Of a stretch of 64,000 nt of DNA, positions 14,026-26,469 are shown one piece after another; within the stretch, counting starts at the first letter, position 1, and each line of letters opens with the position of its first letter. The stretch comes from Calcarisporiella thermophila CBS 279.70 (taxonomy: Eukaryota; Fungi; Calcarisporiellomycota). The notes beneath the pieces were generated by a model. That model saw only the letters and a program-made list of their open reading frames with translations. It was not told the DNA's origin and ran no database searches. Position numbers and translations under genes: made by a program. The stretch lies in NCBI RefSeq assembly GCF_041956535.1, contig NW_027192197.1:951647-1015646 (forward strand). The letters run 5' to 3'.

Positions 14026-15053
14026 TTATGTGTGGAAGGTATTAACGCTCTGTTGCATTTGTGTATTCATATCCTCTACAAAGGAAAAAGTGAGTAAGCA
14101 GGACTGAAAAATATTAAGCGCGAATAGCATCACAAACCTTTGAAAGCAGCTATACCCGCAACTATACCACATGCGAGGAAAGCCAGCGAGATGAGGAACC
14201 AAATGAAACCCCACACCTGACTAGGTATGCATCCACCGGAGAGTTTTGCAAACCTCGTGGCATCTGATTCATTCACTTTCCGCCTTACAAGGTCATCGAT
14301 GATATCGTAGAGAGAGTAGAGACACGACATCACACTAAACAATTATACATTAATTATTTTCTATCCTCCAAGAGATACGAAACTAAAGTTTACCCCATAA
14401 ATAAGACGAAATATTTTAGGCCAACACCCTTCTGGAACCACCACAGAAAGCCAATAATAACGATGAATAATAGGCCAATACCCCGTGTAAGCATATTTTT
14501 GGCCCAATATAGAGTAATGAGGAGGCAAACACCCAGGAAGATGGACATTATACGAGATGCAAGGATATTAAATCCACAGAAAATCATCAAGGCACCAAGT
14601 AGTGAGGAGCCTAAGTAGCCAGCGGGTAAAGTACAGCAAGGAATACCACCACGCTAATTTTTGTTCAAGAATAAAGGTCACTCACAGAGATTGGTAGAAG
14701 ACATAAAAGAAATTGTACTAACCATCCGTGTAACACCTCCTTCATCCGGATCAATCTCAATTGATTCTATGTGTGCACATGTACAACAACCAGCTAGCGC
14801 ATGTGAGAATTCATGAAGTCCAACGGTTAGGAGCTTAAGTGATATATTCTTTGGTTAGTATTAATTACAAGATGAGAGAGAAAATATAGGAACATACTTT
14901 GAAAGGATACAAAATGGTTTTGATGATAGGCACGTTCCATAAGATCAAAATGCCAATCGCATATCCAACAATAATATAGAGGGTTATTCTCTGGTCATCA
15001 TTGGGAGTAAGGGTCTGGGCTGTATCCCTTTTGATAATGTGGATGATGGGCAT
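14026..15053 (-). CDS. Peptidase M50B-like integral membrane metalloprotease
   Basis: LYPFK|LLTVGLHEFSHALAG (HExxH), IEIDPDEGGVT, LPAGYLGSS, several transmembrane segments, NESDATRF. Confidence 0.88.
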
Positions 15054-16179
15054 AGGTTAAAATAGTTTTTTTTTTTATACTTAATATTTGTAAAAATAAA
15101 GGATGTAGATTCTTTAATGGAGTGAAGTTAATTAATAGCATTAGCCACTCGAAAAGCTTTATTTTAATTTTAGAAGAAACCCACCCTTTTCCCCTTCTTG
15201 GCAAGTTTAGAACTTTCTGTTGAATCGTTATTTCTATTTGCTAATTTTCTAAGCCACGGTGAGTTATAAATCCCAATATTCACCAAGTCAAAATGGAGTG
15301 TAGAGGATCATGGAGTAAAAGAACGATCCAAACTTTTCTAGATAAAGAACTATGCTAGTTTAAATTCCGGTTGTATTCAGACCACCATTACTCATCAATC
15401 AATAGGACCACAACAAAGGTTGCTTCAGTTACTAAAACTTGATGATATTTACACTATTTCTGCAAACAATACTACAAAGAAATAAATGCCAGATTGATAT
15501 TGAAGTATATTTAGTTTCTCTCTCTTTGTTTCCAAATAACCTTTTACAGTGCTATTTGAGAAACGCGTTCGAAACCGCTTGATATGTGTCCCCATGAGCA
15601 AAAATCAACTATCTGAATTGAAATATTTGTATCATGGGATAGTTTAAACATTCAAGCATTTTTATCAGCATTCGATAATTCGAAAAGCGATGGTATCCAA
15701 AGAATGAACAGAAATAATATGAAAATAATACGATACCATGGCAGCTTGGTCCTATTCATCAAATCGACTAGTCACAATGACATCGGATATAGGATATGTC
15801 TAAATATCACCCTGCCCCAGTAAACTCAACCTCAACCTTACCATATTTACATCAGCAGATGGCTTGGAATCACCATTATCTATATATATTCACCACACAT
15901 CTTTGCATTCAAGTGTAATCAAGTACAAGATACAATATACCATGTCGAGCAGCTTGGTTGGAACAGTTTAAATAAACTCAACTATGAGTAACATGTTTTT
16001 CTGCGTGTCTAGTTCTACTATCTGTAAGTTAAACAAGCTTTCGGGATAAGGTACGTGTGTAACATCGACTTGAGCTCGCAAAGAATGTATAAAAGTAAGG
16101 TCTTTGCAAAGCATTTTCAGTTATTATCTTATCCTCTGGGATCAACCCTGTACTCTCCTTTAAATCCTTCGTTCAGAAA

Positions 16180-16806
16180 ATGAAATTCAGAAATTTCTTT
16201 ATATTCTTCTTAGTTACTTTTATTGTTGCAACGAGTGCTCAAGAGAATCAAGAGACAATACTTCAAGCTCTCAACACTATTCGCAAAAATCACGGAGTAG
16301 CGCCTATGCATTGGAGCCCCCAACTCGAGAGAATGGCAGAGACACAAGCCAAGAATTGCAACCAAAATGTTCAAAGTGAAGGAATAGCATTTCTGACTGC
16401 TAATGGATATTCGTCGTGGAAGGATGCAATCAATTTTTGGTATGTCACTGGTCTCAGAGATTACAATTTCACAGACCCTAAACCCCTGACGCGAGGGTTG
16501 ATGTTCATGAATATTGTCACTCCAAAAAATCAGAAAGTGGGATGCTCTGCCTCTTACTGCGCTGGTACCTTTTACAAACTATGCCTATTTGAGTGGGTAG
16601 GGCCAATTCCCAGTAGTGTCAACGAATACCTTGACGAATTCAAAACTAATGTACGTCCACTCAATCCTAATTCTACCCTCACCTCTAACGACAAAGAGAG
16701 ACTAATTGTACCCGCTACATCCAATGTTATCAAGTCAAATGCTACTCAATATGCCTCCATTATGGCTGCCGTTTTAATTTCTCTGTCCGCCGCATTTTTG
16801 CTTTAA
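16180..16806 (+). CDS. Secreted CAP/SCP (PR-1/Pry-like) protein, probable GPI anchor, degenerate motifs
   Basis: Intronless. Signal peptide; LNTIRKNHGVAPMHWSPQLERMA; AINFWY; KVGCSASYC; hydrophobic C-tail after an S/T/N-rich linker. Confidence 0.8.
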   Translation: MKFRNFFIFFLVTFIVATSAQENQETILQALNTIRKNHGVAPMHWSPQLERMAETQAKNCNQNVQSEGIAFLTANGYSSWKDAINFWYVTGLRDYNFTDPKPLTRGLMFMNIVTPKNQKVGCSASYCAGTFYKLCLFEWVGPIPSSVNEYLDEFKTNVRPLNPNSTLTSNDKERLIVPATSNVIKSNATQYASIMAAVLISLSAAFLL

Positions 16807-17637
16807 TTAATATTTCCAAACTGCCCTATGTGAGAAATTTTTTAATAGGGCTGTCTACGATTCATTTTCGCTATAATCTTATTTTTGATCACTAGAATTA
16901 TTTTATTTTTTTAATGCTTAATTAAGAAAGCTTTTTCGCTTTGACAATATTCAAGAAATAGAAACTAGATTAAATATAAACAGTCTCGCATGAATTATGT
17001 ACAAAAATCATTTATTAATATACGAATGTGTGATATAATATCCATCTTTGCTAAGTACAATTTAATATATATCATATCACTATTGCGTTTCAAGAAAGCC
17101 TGCTCTATTATATTAAAAACCCAGTTCAAGGCACAATCACGCTCATCCTACAATTCATATTTACCAAAATATACAATTGAAAGATAAATCTGTTCCAATT
17201 GAGAACAAGGGACGCCTTGCATTGTTCATTAACTGAGAGCTGTAACTACAACACTCTCATCTCATTTTGATACGTGGTGTACATTAACATCGTTCTTATT
17301 ATTCTCTCTAGCTAATAATAATTACATCATTCTGTTTTCAGTTGTAACTTTGAATTTCTAAACATAAATTGCTTTTGACTTTTTTGAGGGCCAACTTAGT
17401 TTAAAGTGTAATGCATCATATTCATCAACTTGGGTTAGTATAGCCCTGGCAAGCAGGAGAGTGGGTCGCAAGTTTACCCGTTTGTCTATTCTATTATTAG
17501 CATGTATAGGAAGCTTTCGGACCAAGTACATGTGCAACATATCTAGCGGCTCGCGAAAAGTGAGTATAAGCATTTCCCGTCCTTATCTCATCCTCTAACA
17601 TCAAACTCTTCATTTCTTAAATACTTTTGATCTAGAA

Positions 17638-18083
17638 ATGAGATTCACGAACTTCTTCCTATAATGGATCGCATTGTTATCCGTTTTTACTAGAGCCCAA
17701 GAACATCAAGAAACGATTCTTCAAATGTTCAACGATATTCGTAAAAATCACGGTGTAGAGCCAATGCAATGGAGCCCAGATCTTGAAACAAAGACAGCGG
17801 CAATAACTAAAAGCTGCTCTCAAAGCGTCGGATCGGATAATTTAGCATATCTGGCTTCTAAAGGACATGCCTCGTGGAAGGATGCGATTGAGTTTTGGTA
17901 TCTTTGTGGTCTCAGTACTTATAATTTCACCGATCCTATGTTGCACCGTTCGGATTTGTTCTTGAATATTGTGGTGACCTAGAAAATCAGTATTATCCCC
18001 TTGTAATCAATTCGGACGCTGTTCAATATATTCCCTCCATGGTCACCGCCTTAATTGCCCTAGTTGCTACTTTATTGTTTTAG
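17638..18083 (+). pseudogene. Tandem duplicate CAP pseudogene
   Basis: Homologous to 16180-16806 (QETILQMFNDIRKNHGVEPMQWSP...WKDAIEFWY...YNFTDP). In-frame TAA at codon 9 (17662-17664), frameshift/stop near 17980 and loss of the Cys-rich segment; the tail VINSDAVQYIPSMVTALIALVATLLF* survives. Confidence 0.88.
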
Positions 18084-19502
18084 GATTTTGTGAACATTTT
18101 GATTTCTTAATATTTCCTTAACGTTGTATGATATTCCTTTATTATTTTTGGTGGAAATAATACACTATGTTTATAAACCTACCATCCTGAGAACAGAAAT
18201 AATCTTAATTAAATCGATCTTCAATATTAATATTTGCTACATTCATTAAAGTGTTAAGGTATTATAACCGAAGTTCAATTTTTCATTTCTCGATGTAGAG
18301 GAGGTACTGATGTAGCTGCGAACTAGGACTATTTTGATTCTAAAGACAATACATTAGGTCGGGATATAAAGGTGAATATGTGACTGTATTGAAAAATATA
18401 ATACACTTTTTGAGATGACCATGATGTGATACTTAGAGTATGTAGAAAAGATGGGTGCAGCTTGCCAAGGGATTTTTCCAAACAATAGTTTTATGAACAT
18501 AACTAAATCTTGAAGAACAGCCGTGTTATGGGGGTGCTCTACACTCCGCTTAGTTAGCCAAAGCGATTATTAAACAGCGATTCAACTATTAATGGTAGAT
18601 TGGTTATCGGCATCTTTTTTAGTTTCTCCTTGGATTATATGATAATTAGCATCTCTGAATTAACTATCTCGGAAATTGCAACCATAGAAATAGCAGCAGC
18701 AAACAGATAAGGCCTTTTATTTTGGCTTCGAGGGCCATTCTTATTATGACTGGAAATTTAAAAAGTTCGAAAGACGGTCCTTTTTCCTTGGCATAGGTTT
18801 GATCATGACAAACCATAGAATATATGAATCATGGAACATCCGCGAGTCAATTGTTCTATTAAGCCTACTATGGAGTGATATTTTGCAAGCGCCAAGGTCG
18901 TAATAAGAGCTTATCAAAGTCTATTTTACCACATTTTGAATATTCGATGCCTACCTCTTCTAAGAATTTTAGTCCAGCTGCCTCATTTGTAAATGTTTTT
19001 TTTTTTCTCGCATAGTTTTATGTCTGCCATGAATATTGTTTTTACTAATTTACACTCAAGGCTCTCTGGGCTATGCTTTATTTTGACAGTTGGTCTAAAA
19101 TTAGAGGAATTCTTCATTTCACACGTTAGGTTGCCATATTACTCCGTGTTATTTTTAGCTGATATATTGATGGATTGATAGATGTGTATTCAGGACAGTC
19201 TCTGCCGTCATCAACATAGCCAAATTGCTCGGTCATAATACCACTTGTGCAGTAAAATAGGCGCAAGCCCAATGCAAGGTAGAATCAGAAAATGGCAAGC
19301 GGAGAATTGCGTGACGTTATATGTGACTGCTTACTTGACGCGAAAATTGCAGGAAAAGGGGGGACTTGCAACACGATCTATGGTACAATCATTAGCACCG
19401 AATTCTTAGCCATTTATTCTTTCTGTCATCGTAATTTATAGTATCGAAGGGCATCTGTATATTGTTCCAGGCTATCCAAGTTGGTAGCATTAATAGACAG
19501 TA

Positions 19503-22186
19503 ATGGAAATATCAAGAATAGCGTCGGCATCTTCATCAGTTAAACTTTGGGACATTGAACCGACGCGGAACAAGGATGGCCAAATAAATTACTCTAGCGG
19601 AAATTCTATCAAATTCGCATCTTCAAAACAAGGCGTAATTCGTTCCATTCGGTGGAACCATGACGGTATTTTGCTTATATTTACTAGAATAAGAAGAAAT
19701 CAGCTTTAATCACAGCCTATGCTTTTTTTCTTTTGTAGCATCTGTTCTTGGAGTAGCTAAAGAAGACGTTGTCTCAATATACAATTCAAAGGGACAGTGT
19801 GTTGAAAAGGTGTCTCTGCCAGAGGACGGGCAGGTAAGAGCATAAGATAACAAAAGCTAACAATGCTAATTTTACTATAGCTAAGACTATTTTTGTTAGC
19901 AGTATATTGCTAAATCAATTCGATTCGCGTCCAAGTCAAAGTATTTGATTATAGGAGGATCAGAAGGTCTATTACGTGCGTGGGATCGCAAAGGAAAACG
20001 ATACGTTTCTTCATTCAAGGTAATTAGTGGAAATATGTCCCCTGTACCTTATACGGTATAAACGCGTGAATTTATAACAATAGGGTCATAGGGCAACTGT
20101 TAACTCAATAGCTGTAAATATTGATGACACATTATTAGCAAGCGGTAGTATAAATGGCGAGCTTTTGCTCCATCGAAGACAAAAGCCATCCGAATCCATT
20201 GTCGCCAAGGGTACCTCAGGAAGAGTAAGCTTATTTTGATATATCCGACCGTTTCCTTATTAATAAACCACTCATCTATGTTCAGAAAATCAACGCCGTT
20301 GAATTTTCGCCATTCAAACGTTCTATGCTCGTGACCGCGGAAGACGATGGCATTGTACGTTTGTGGGACACAGAGAATCCGACAGAGACCCTTACCATCT
20401 TTCAACCCGCCCATTCCGGTCCAGTTGTAGACATTGCATTTAGCCAATTCAACAGGTTTCTTCTTTGCTCTATTGGATCCGATAGAAACATACTGCTCTA
20501 CGATGTTAATCAAGACAAGTAAGCATGTTTGTTCATAAGGTATTTACCACCAGCTTAACATGACACTCTCACTAGTAAAAAGAAAATCGTAAAGACTATC
20601 ACCACCAACGACGAATTTACCGCTTTATCTTTTAAGAATGATGGCGTGACTATAGCCACCGGAACCTCAAAAGGTACTGAGATGCTTGCTTGGCTCTTCA
20701 AATGGCTGGGAGTGGTGTATGATCTCGTTTATTAATACACTTGTCTCGCAATAGGACGAATTGTATTTTATGATCTACGTAGCTATAAGCAAGCCGTTTT
20801 TTCGCATGACGCGCACGATTCGGAGCCTGTACGATGTCTACAGTTTCAGGTACGTGTCCTACCTTTGGGTTTCTAACGGTATCGGTAGCACGGAGACTCA
20901 TATTTCCGGGCTGAACTATAGCAAACAAGATATCCTGGATACAAGAAGGCTACAAAGCCAACCGAATCTACAAAATCGTCAAAGCATGATGAAAACGACG
21001 AAAAAGCATCACGACCCAATGCACCGGAGCCCGAGCGAACAAAAATAACCGACCCACCCCCTCCCACCGCAACCCTTAGTACCCCACCACCAAGTTTTCC
21101 GGAAACAAGTAATTATCTCGATGTGTTTTCTCCTCTACACCGGGGAGCAGGAGATGGCAAGGGCACCATTGAGCCTAGTATGGTGGCACCAGGTGGCATC
21201 AGCGGAATGGAATTTTCCATTGTTCAAGGTATTTATCCATACTTTATTCTTTGCCATACTGCTAGCTTATCCACTGCACCTATTCGTATTCAATGCCGAT
21301 AGATTTCGTTTCAAAATCGTTTGTTGCTTCCAGGAAAGAGACCTTGGCCAATTCACCGGAGCATTACCAGAATAAACCAAGCCCCGCCCTCAAATCACAC
21401 GAGCTCACACCAACTATCCCAAATAGTCATACCAATGAAGATTCCGCACCGAGCCTATCGAGCTCCTCAAGCACAAGTAAAACCTATGCATCCCTGAATC
21501 CTTCTCCTCGACCATCGACCATGGCTTCAGGGGGACCATTAGCACCGGAGGATGGCAAAGATGAGCTGGACGTGCGGTTACAGCAGCTCACGGAGAATCT
21601 GAAGGGAAACATCATGCAGGGAATCGTTCAGGGAGTCTCGGCATCCAACGAGCTACCGAAGAAGAGCAGTGGAAAACGCGTGGCCTTTGCTGAAGTGGAC
21701 GAGGTTGCTCCTCCAGCCGCAGAGGAGGTGGGATCAGAGGAGGCTAAGCTGGAGAGCAGGGGGCCGGAGGGGTTGGAGGGCATGGAGCGATCTCCGCTTC
21801 GCCAAGACCCTTCGCCGACGGCATCTCGGCCCTCTTTAACGGGGGCGTCACTAGAGACGAGTGGAAGCACGAGCGCGGCATCGAGCTTCCAGCTCGGCGT
21901 GGTGCAAAACGTCATCAAGGACTGTCTCGAGGAATTCCGGGAGGCACTACGTAATGATATCCATAACATGCACGTGGAGTTGTTAAGGCAATTCTATATG
22001 CAAAAGGTAATTTGGCCTTAATTGCGTCGTGCCAGTGTATCCGCTTCATGATTTGATTGTATCACTGCATAGATGGAGTTTGAAATGATGTTCCAGCGAT
22101 ACTGCAACACTGCTCCTCTTCGCGAAGAGATCGAGCGGCTGCGGGAGGAGAACCGGCGGCTGAAGGCGCAGCAGCCCTTTTTATAG
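19503..22186 (+). CDS. NEDD1: NEDD1/GCP-WD-like WD40 gamma-tubulin ring complex targeting protein
   Basis: N-terminal WD40 repeats (IASASSSVKLWD, GHRATVNSIAVN, LCSIGSDRNILLYD), disordered linker, and C-terminal helix IKDCLEEFREALRNDIHNMHVELLRQFYMQK|MEFE...EIERLREEN. Confidence 0.85.
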
Positions 22187-22736
22187 GCCCGCAGCTCCAC
22201 CCGCTCGTGGGCCCCCTCCCCCTCGCTGTTTAGCTAGTTGTTCATATTCACCGTGGTCTTTTATGTAATGCATCGTTAATTTCCCCTTATTTTTCCAAAA
22301 TGGCCTCAAATAGAGCTGGGGGCGACTCTGCACAAACACGTCGCATTTGGCCTGAATCCTGCGTTCATTGACTGATGTCAAACTTGAAAAACAAGCCTGT
22401 ATCGCTTGCCCTCTAAAGTTTTGGTGCTCTACAAAAAAGTATAAAGAAGGTTTCGCAATGCACTGACTTCTGGCCGTGTTCGAGGTGTTAATCCAGATTC
22501 GACCAATGGGAGCCGCCGTAGATTTATTATTTTTTTTTCTGGCCGAGCGGTCCTTTTCAATTTATTCTTTTCGTTGCTTTCGGCTCGAGCCTTCCTTCGT
22601 TCTTTCCCTTTGGCATCGTCTTAATTTAATCCTCGTCCCCAGCGCGATTGTGATTTTCTCCCAGGAGTTGAGTCCATCTCTCAATCTCTACACATTCCCT
22701 CCTCCTCTTCATCCCTAGCCTTGCTCCGTCAGCGCC

Positions 22737-25700
22737 ATGAAAGGTAGGTTCAGATTCATCATGCATTCGCTGGTCCTCCGAGACTCCCATTGTGGAAGCA
22801 ATGGAAGGCGCTCACAATCAATCCTGTAATGATAGATCCAAAATATGTTGCTCATGTTGCCGCCAATGCCATTATTTCCGAGAGCGGCTCATGTCGCATC
22901 TCCATGGATGCCCTCCGTGCTGTGAATGCATTCTTTGATCAATTTCTCTTTCTCCTTCTTTCGTCCACACGATCGCTCGATCTCAATCGGATAAAGCATA
23001 CGGCGCTCCAGATGCTGCCAGGAACGCTCGGAAAAAACGCCATAGTCGAGGCCGAGCTCGAGGCGAAATCTTACCTGCAAAACAACCCTTCCTACCTCTC
23101 CGAAAATACGGAGAATACATACGAGCAGGAGATTTTTCCTTTGCAGAAAGCCTTCAGTTTGTTGCGGGAGCGCTGTTTATACCAGTGCACGTTGGGCGAC
23201 CGGGCTGGCATGGTGGATCCGGAAGCGGTCCCCCCTCCGCTCGATGCGGGGGTGGTGGTGACTAAACTCCATGCAATCTACATTGTGACCGTGATTGAAA
23301 ATGTTGCCGCGTACATGCTCCACTCCATGGCAAAGATCGCCGAAATAAACGACTCGGAGTTCGTTCGGCTGCGGGATGTATATGCTGCGTTGATAGGCGA
23401 TCGAGAGCTAGGATATCTGTTTAATAGAATGCGACTCCGTGAGACGCTCGAGGTAATTGTCCTCTCTTTCCTCTAAGAGAGATCGGGTGCTTAACTCCTT
23501 TCCCCTCCCGATTTAGACTCGGCTTGGCCCAGTGGCTGATCAAACTAGGGTCGCCATGGCTTCCTCTTACCTTGCCAACAAAAACAAGAAGAAGATACCC
23601 GAGCTGGAAGTGAAGCATATAGAGGCCACCAGGCTTTCCCCCACGCATTCGCTAGAGAAGAGTTACGGCAAGGATGGAGCTAATCTGAGGCGCTCCCCTT
23701 CGCTTGCCAACTCTACGTCTCAGTCGCCTCTCCCATCGCCCTCTGATATCATAAGTCGCCCCAGCACCTCAAGCCAGACGAGCATTCAAAGCAATAGTGG
23801 CAATGGTGGTGAAATGGACCCCCCTGCGCGCCCCTCGAGATCTAAGAGACGAGGCTTTGTCCCGTCAGATTTTGACCAGCGGAGCGTGACGTCTGCCGCA
23901 CGCGTTTCAAGTGAACGCTCCTCTCCTGGCGTAGTGGCCATGTCTGTCATAGATGAAACCGGTGATGATGATGATAGGAGCGATGGATATCCCCGGTCCG
24001 TGGACTTCGACCAAGTGATCCGCAGCGGCGAGACCATGAAAGTCACACTGACTCCGAATCGATTACGTACGATCGACCACCGAAATCCACCCCCGCCCCC
24101 GCCTCCTGCTCACAATCATCGCAATGCTGGGCTTGGGGAGGACGCCGGAAGACTGAAGCCCGCTAAAAGAAGACTTGTACCTCGAGAGGCCACGGTGAAA
24201 CCCACTGAGGATGAGGATGAGGACGAGTGGGAATATATTGAGGGTAAGAAGCCCCCTGTGCGTGAGACGATGGCCGAGTTTCTTGCCAACACAAAGCCTC
24301 CTGGCGATCCAGCCCCTCTCTCGCCCAGACAGGTGAACTCTGGAAAGCGTCCCTCGGTAACCAGCTTGGCCTCGAGCAAGCTGATGCTCTCATTCCCTGA
24401 GCCTCCTCCAAATCCAGACTCTCTTCCGTCCGCGAATGGCAGCGAATCCGGGCGCTTTGTCGCAAGAGAACCCGGAAATAGCCAGCCTTCTAAGTCGTTC
24501 GAGTCCAAAGTGCAACGCTCTCGATCGCCTGGTGATGCCATTCCTACCTCGCCCCATTCTGGAAGTTCCATACACGAAGTAACCAGCCCGAAGAAGGACT
24601 CAATGGACCACTCAGAGCGGCATAGCAATAACGGCGGGACCTTACAGAACACCGACGAAACCGTGGATGACTATGTCAGTGAGGACGATGATGATCTATT
24701 GGACATGATAGGCTCGGATGGTGGTGTGCGTCGAGTTTCTGGCCGTCGTGGAGCCGGAAGAAAGCGGATGCAAGCCCGCGATAATGAAGGAGGCGATGTC
24801 CAGTCGCTGATTGAATTTTTACGCACTACTGAGCCTCCATCTTCTTCCTCCGGTAGCTCGAGCTCCTCTTCTCGAGCAAATAGCAGCTCAACTCCAGGTG
24901 GCAAGGGTGGCAAAGGCCTACGTTTCAATCTCTTTGGGCGACGCCGCGGTAGCAGTAGCTCCACTCGGTCGCTTCAAAATGATCATAAGCAGCTCCCAAC
25001 GCTGCCTCACCAGAAACCGGATGCTATCAGCAAGTCTAAGTATGTCAAGATCGAGACTCTGCATGGCCAGGATGCGGCGGCTCGTAAACAACCAAACTCA
25101 AGCATTCCCGTACCTGCTCTGGGTATTGAAAAACTCACAGATGGGCAGCGATCCCCGCCATTGCCAGATATTCCTACGCAGTCACCTATTTCAGATAGTG
25201 CTACGCCGATCACTGCGTCGGCAATGCCATCTTCTCCACGATCACCACCCGCCCAGCAAATACATCCTCTTCATTCACCACACCAAAATGGACAATTGAA
25301 CAATGTACTTGTTCAGCCTCGCAGCGGCTCGCAAAACCGTGATCTCCCGGAACCCCCTCCACAGGAACAAGAGGATACCTTTTTGACGGTGAATTCCCGT
25401 CGTAGTGAGGCTTTGTCGGAAGACGAAGGGAGTAGTACGGAGCGCGTCGCCTCCATATCTAAGGCAGCGCGCCCGCAACTGCGTCAATACGAACCACCAC
25501 AGCGATCGAGTTCATTGGCCCCTAGCGCTAACAGTAATGCAGGCGAGTCAAGCAACTGCGAAACCCTCTCGAATCAGTCTGATGTTTCTGCTCAAATCAC
25601 GATTGGTGAACTTTTAAATCTCCGAAAGCAAATGCTTGACCAACTTAGCTCCGGGAAACGCGCATCACAGCTCTTAGCGTTAGTGGACAGATTCTTAGGA

Positions 25701-26054
25701 GAACGCATTATTGGAACTGAGGATTCACTGGGAGGTAAATCAGGGGATGGCACGCACGATCTCTTCCTTTCGGAGGAGGAAGAGGATATGGAATCCAAAG
25801 AGGATAAATTATCTTCTGATGGTGAGGAAGCGAGGGACATTCAGACCATAGACGCAGATGAACCACAGCATATGGAAGAAAAGCTCGAGGATATAGTCGC
25901 AGAACATGAGGATGGGGAAGAGAGCGAGGATGAGGGAGAGTATGGGAGTGACCACAAAGGAATGATTCCCGTGTTTGATGTCGTTGAGGAAGCCGAGAGG
26001 ATGGAGCAGGAGTCAAGCACGGTTGCGCTGTGGTTGCTTTCTTGCGAGGCATAA
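22737..26054 (+). CDS. Uncharacterised fungal protein: N-terminal histone-fold-like helical domain plus long disordered region
   Basis: ATG AAA G|intron|AT; RISMDALRAVNAFFDQFL and IYIVTVIENVAAYML resemble histone-fold helices. Intron at ~23453-23516, then an 840-codon Ser/Pro-rich ORF. Confidence 0.7.
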
Positions 26055-26469
26055 TTTTCCAGCATACTCTGATAATTTATACTTTCTGTAATGTGTATTT
26101 CTTACTTATCTTTACCATATTTGATTAAATTACATGTTATTGCACTGTTTTTTATTCCTTATAATAGTAGCACCTTGTTGTTGTTCTTCGTTTTAATTTA
26201 GTTCGGATTATCTTAGTAATACGATAATATTACTCCTAGAAAAAATAAATACTAGTTTATTCATTCATTCACTTTGAATTGTTGACAGCTACGGCCTTGA
26301 GTTCCAAGTTTCTGAACCAGTTTCCAATTAATTAACTCGATGATCTATAAAGTGGCGCAGTGATGACGTATTCATTCACGACGTTTCGTTTTTCTTTTTC
26401 TTTCTATACTTCTCCTGATCGGAGAGCTTCTTCAAAATCTCCTAAATCTTGATACATCACCTTACATCC

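Noticed and set aside
18488-18550. FMNI...GCS peptide resembling a third CAP copy
   Set aside because: Wrong spacing, an internal stop and no flanking similarity.
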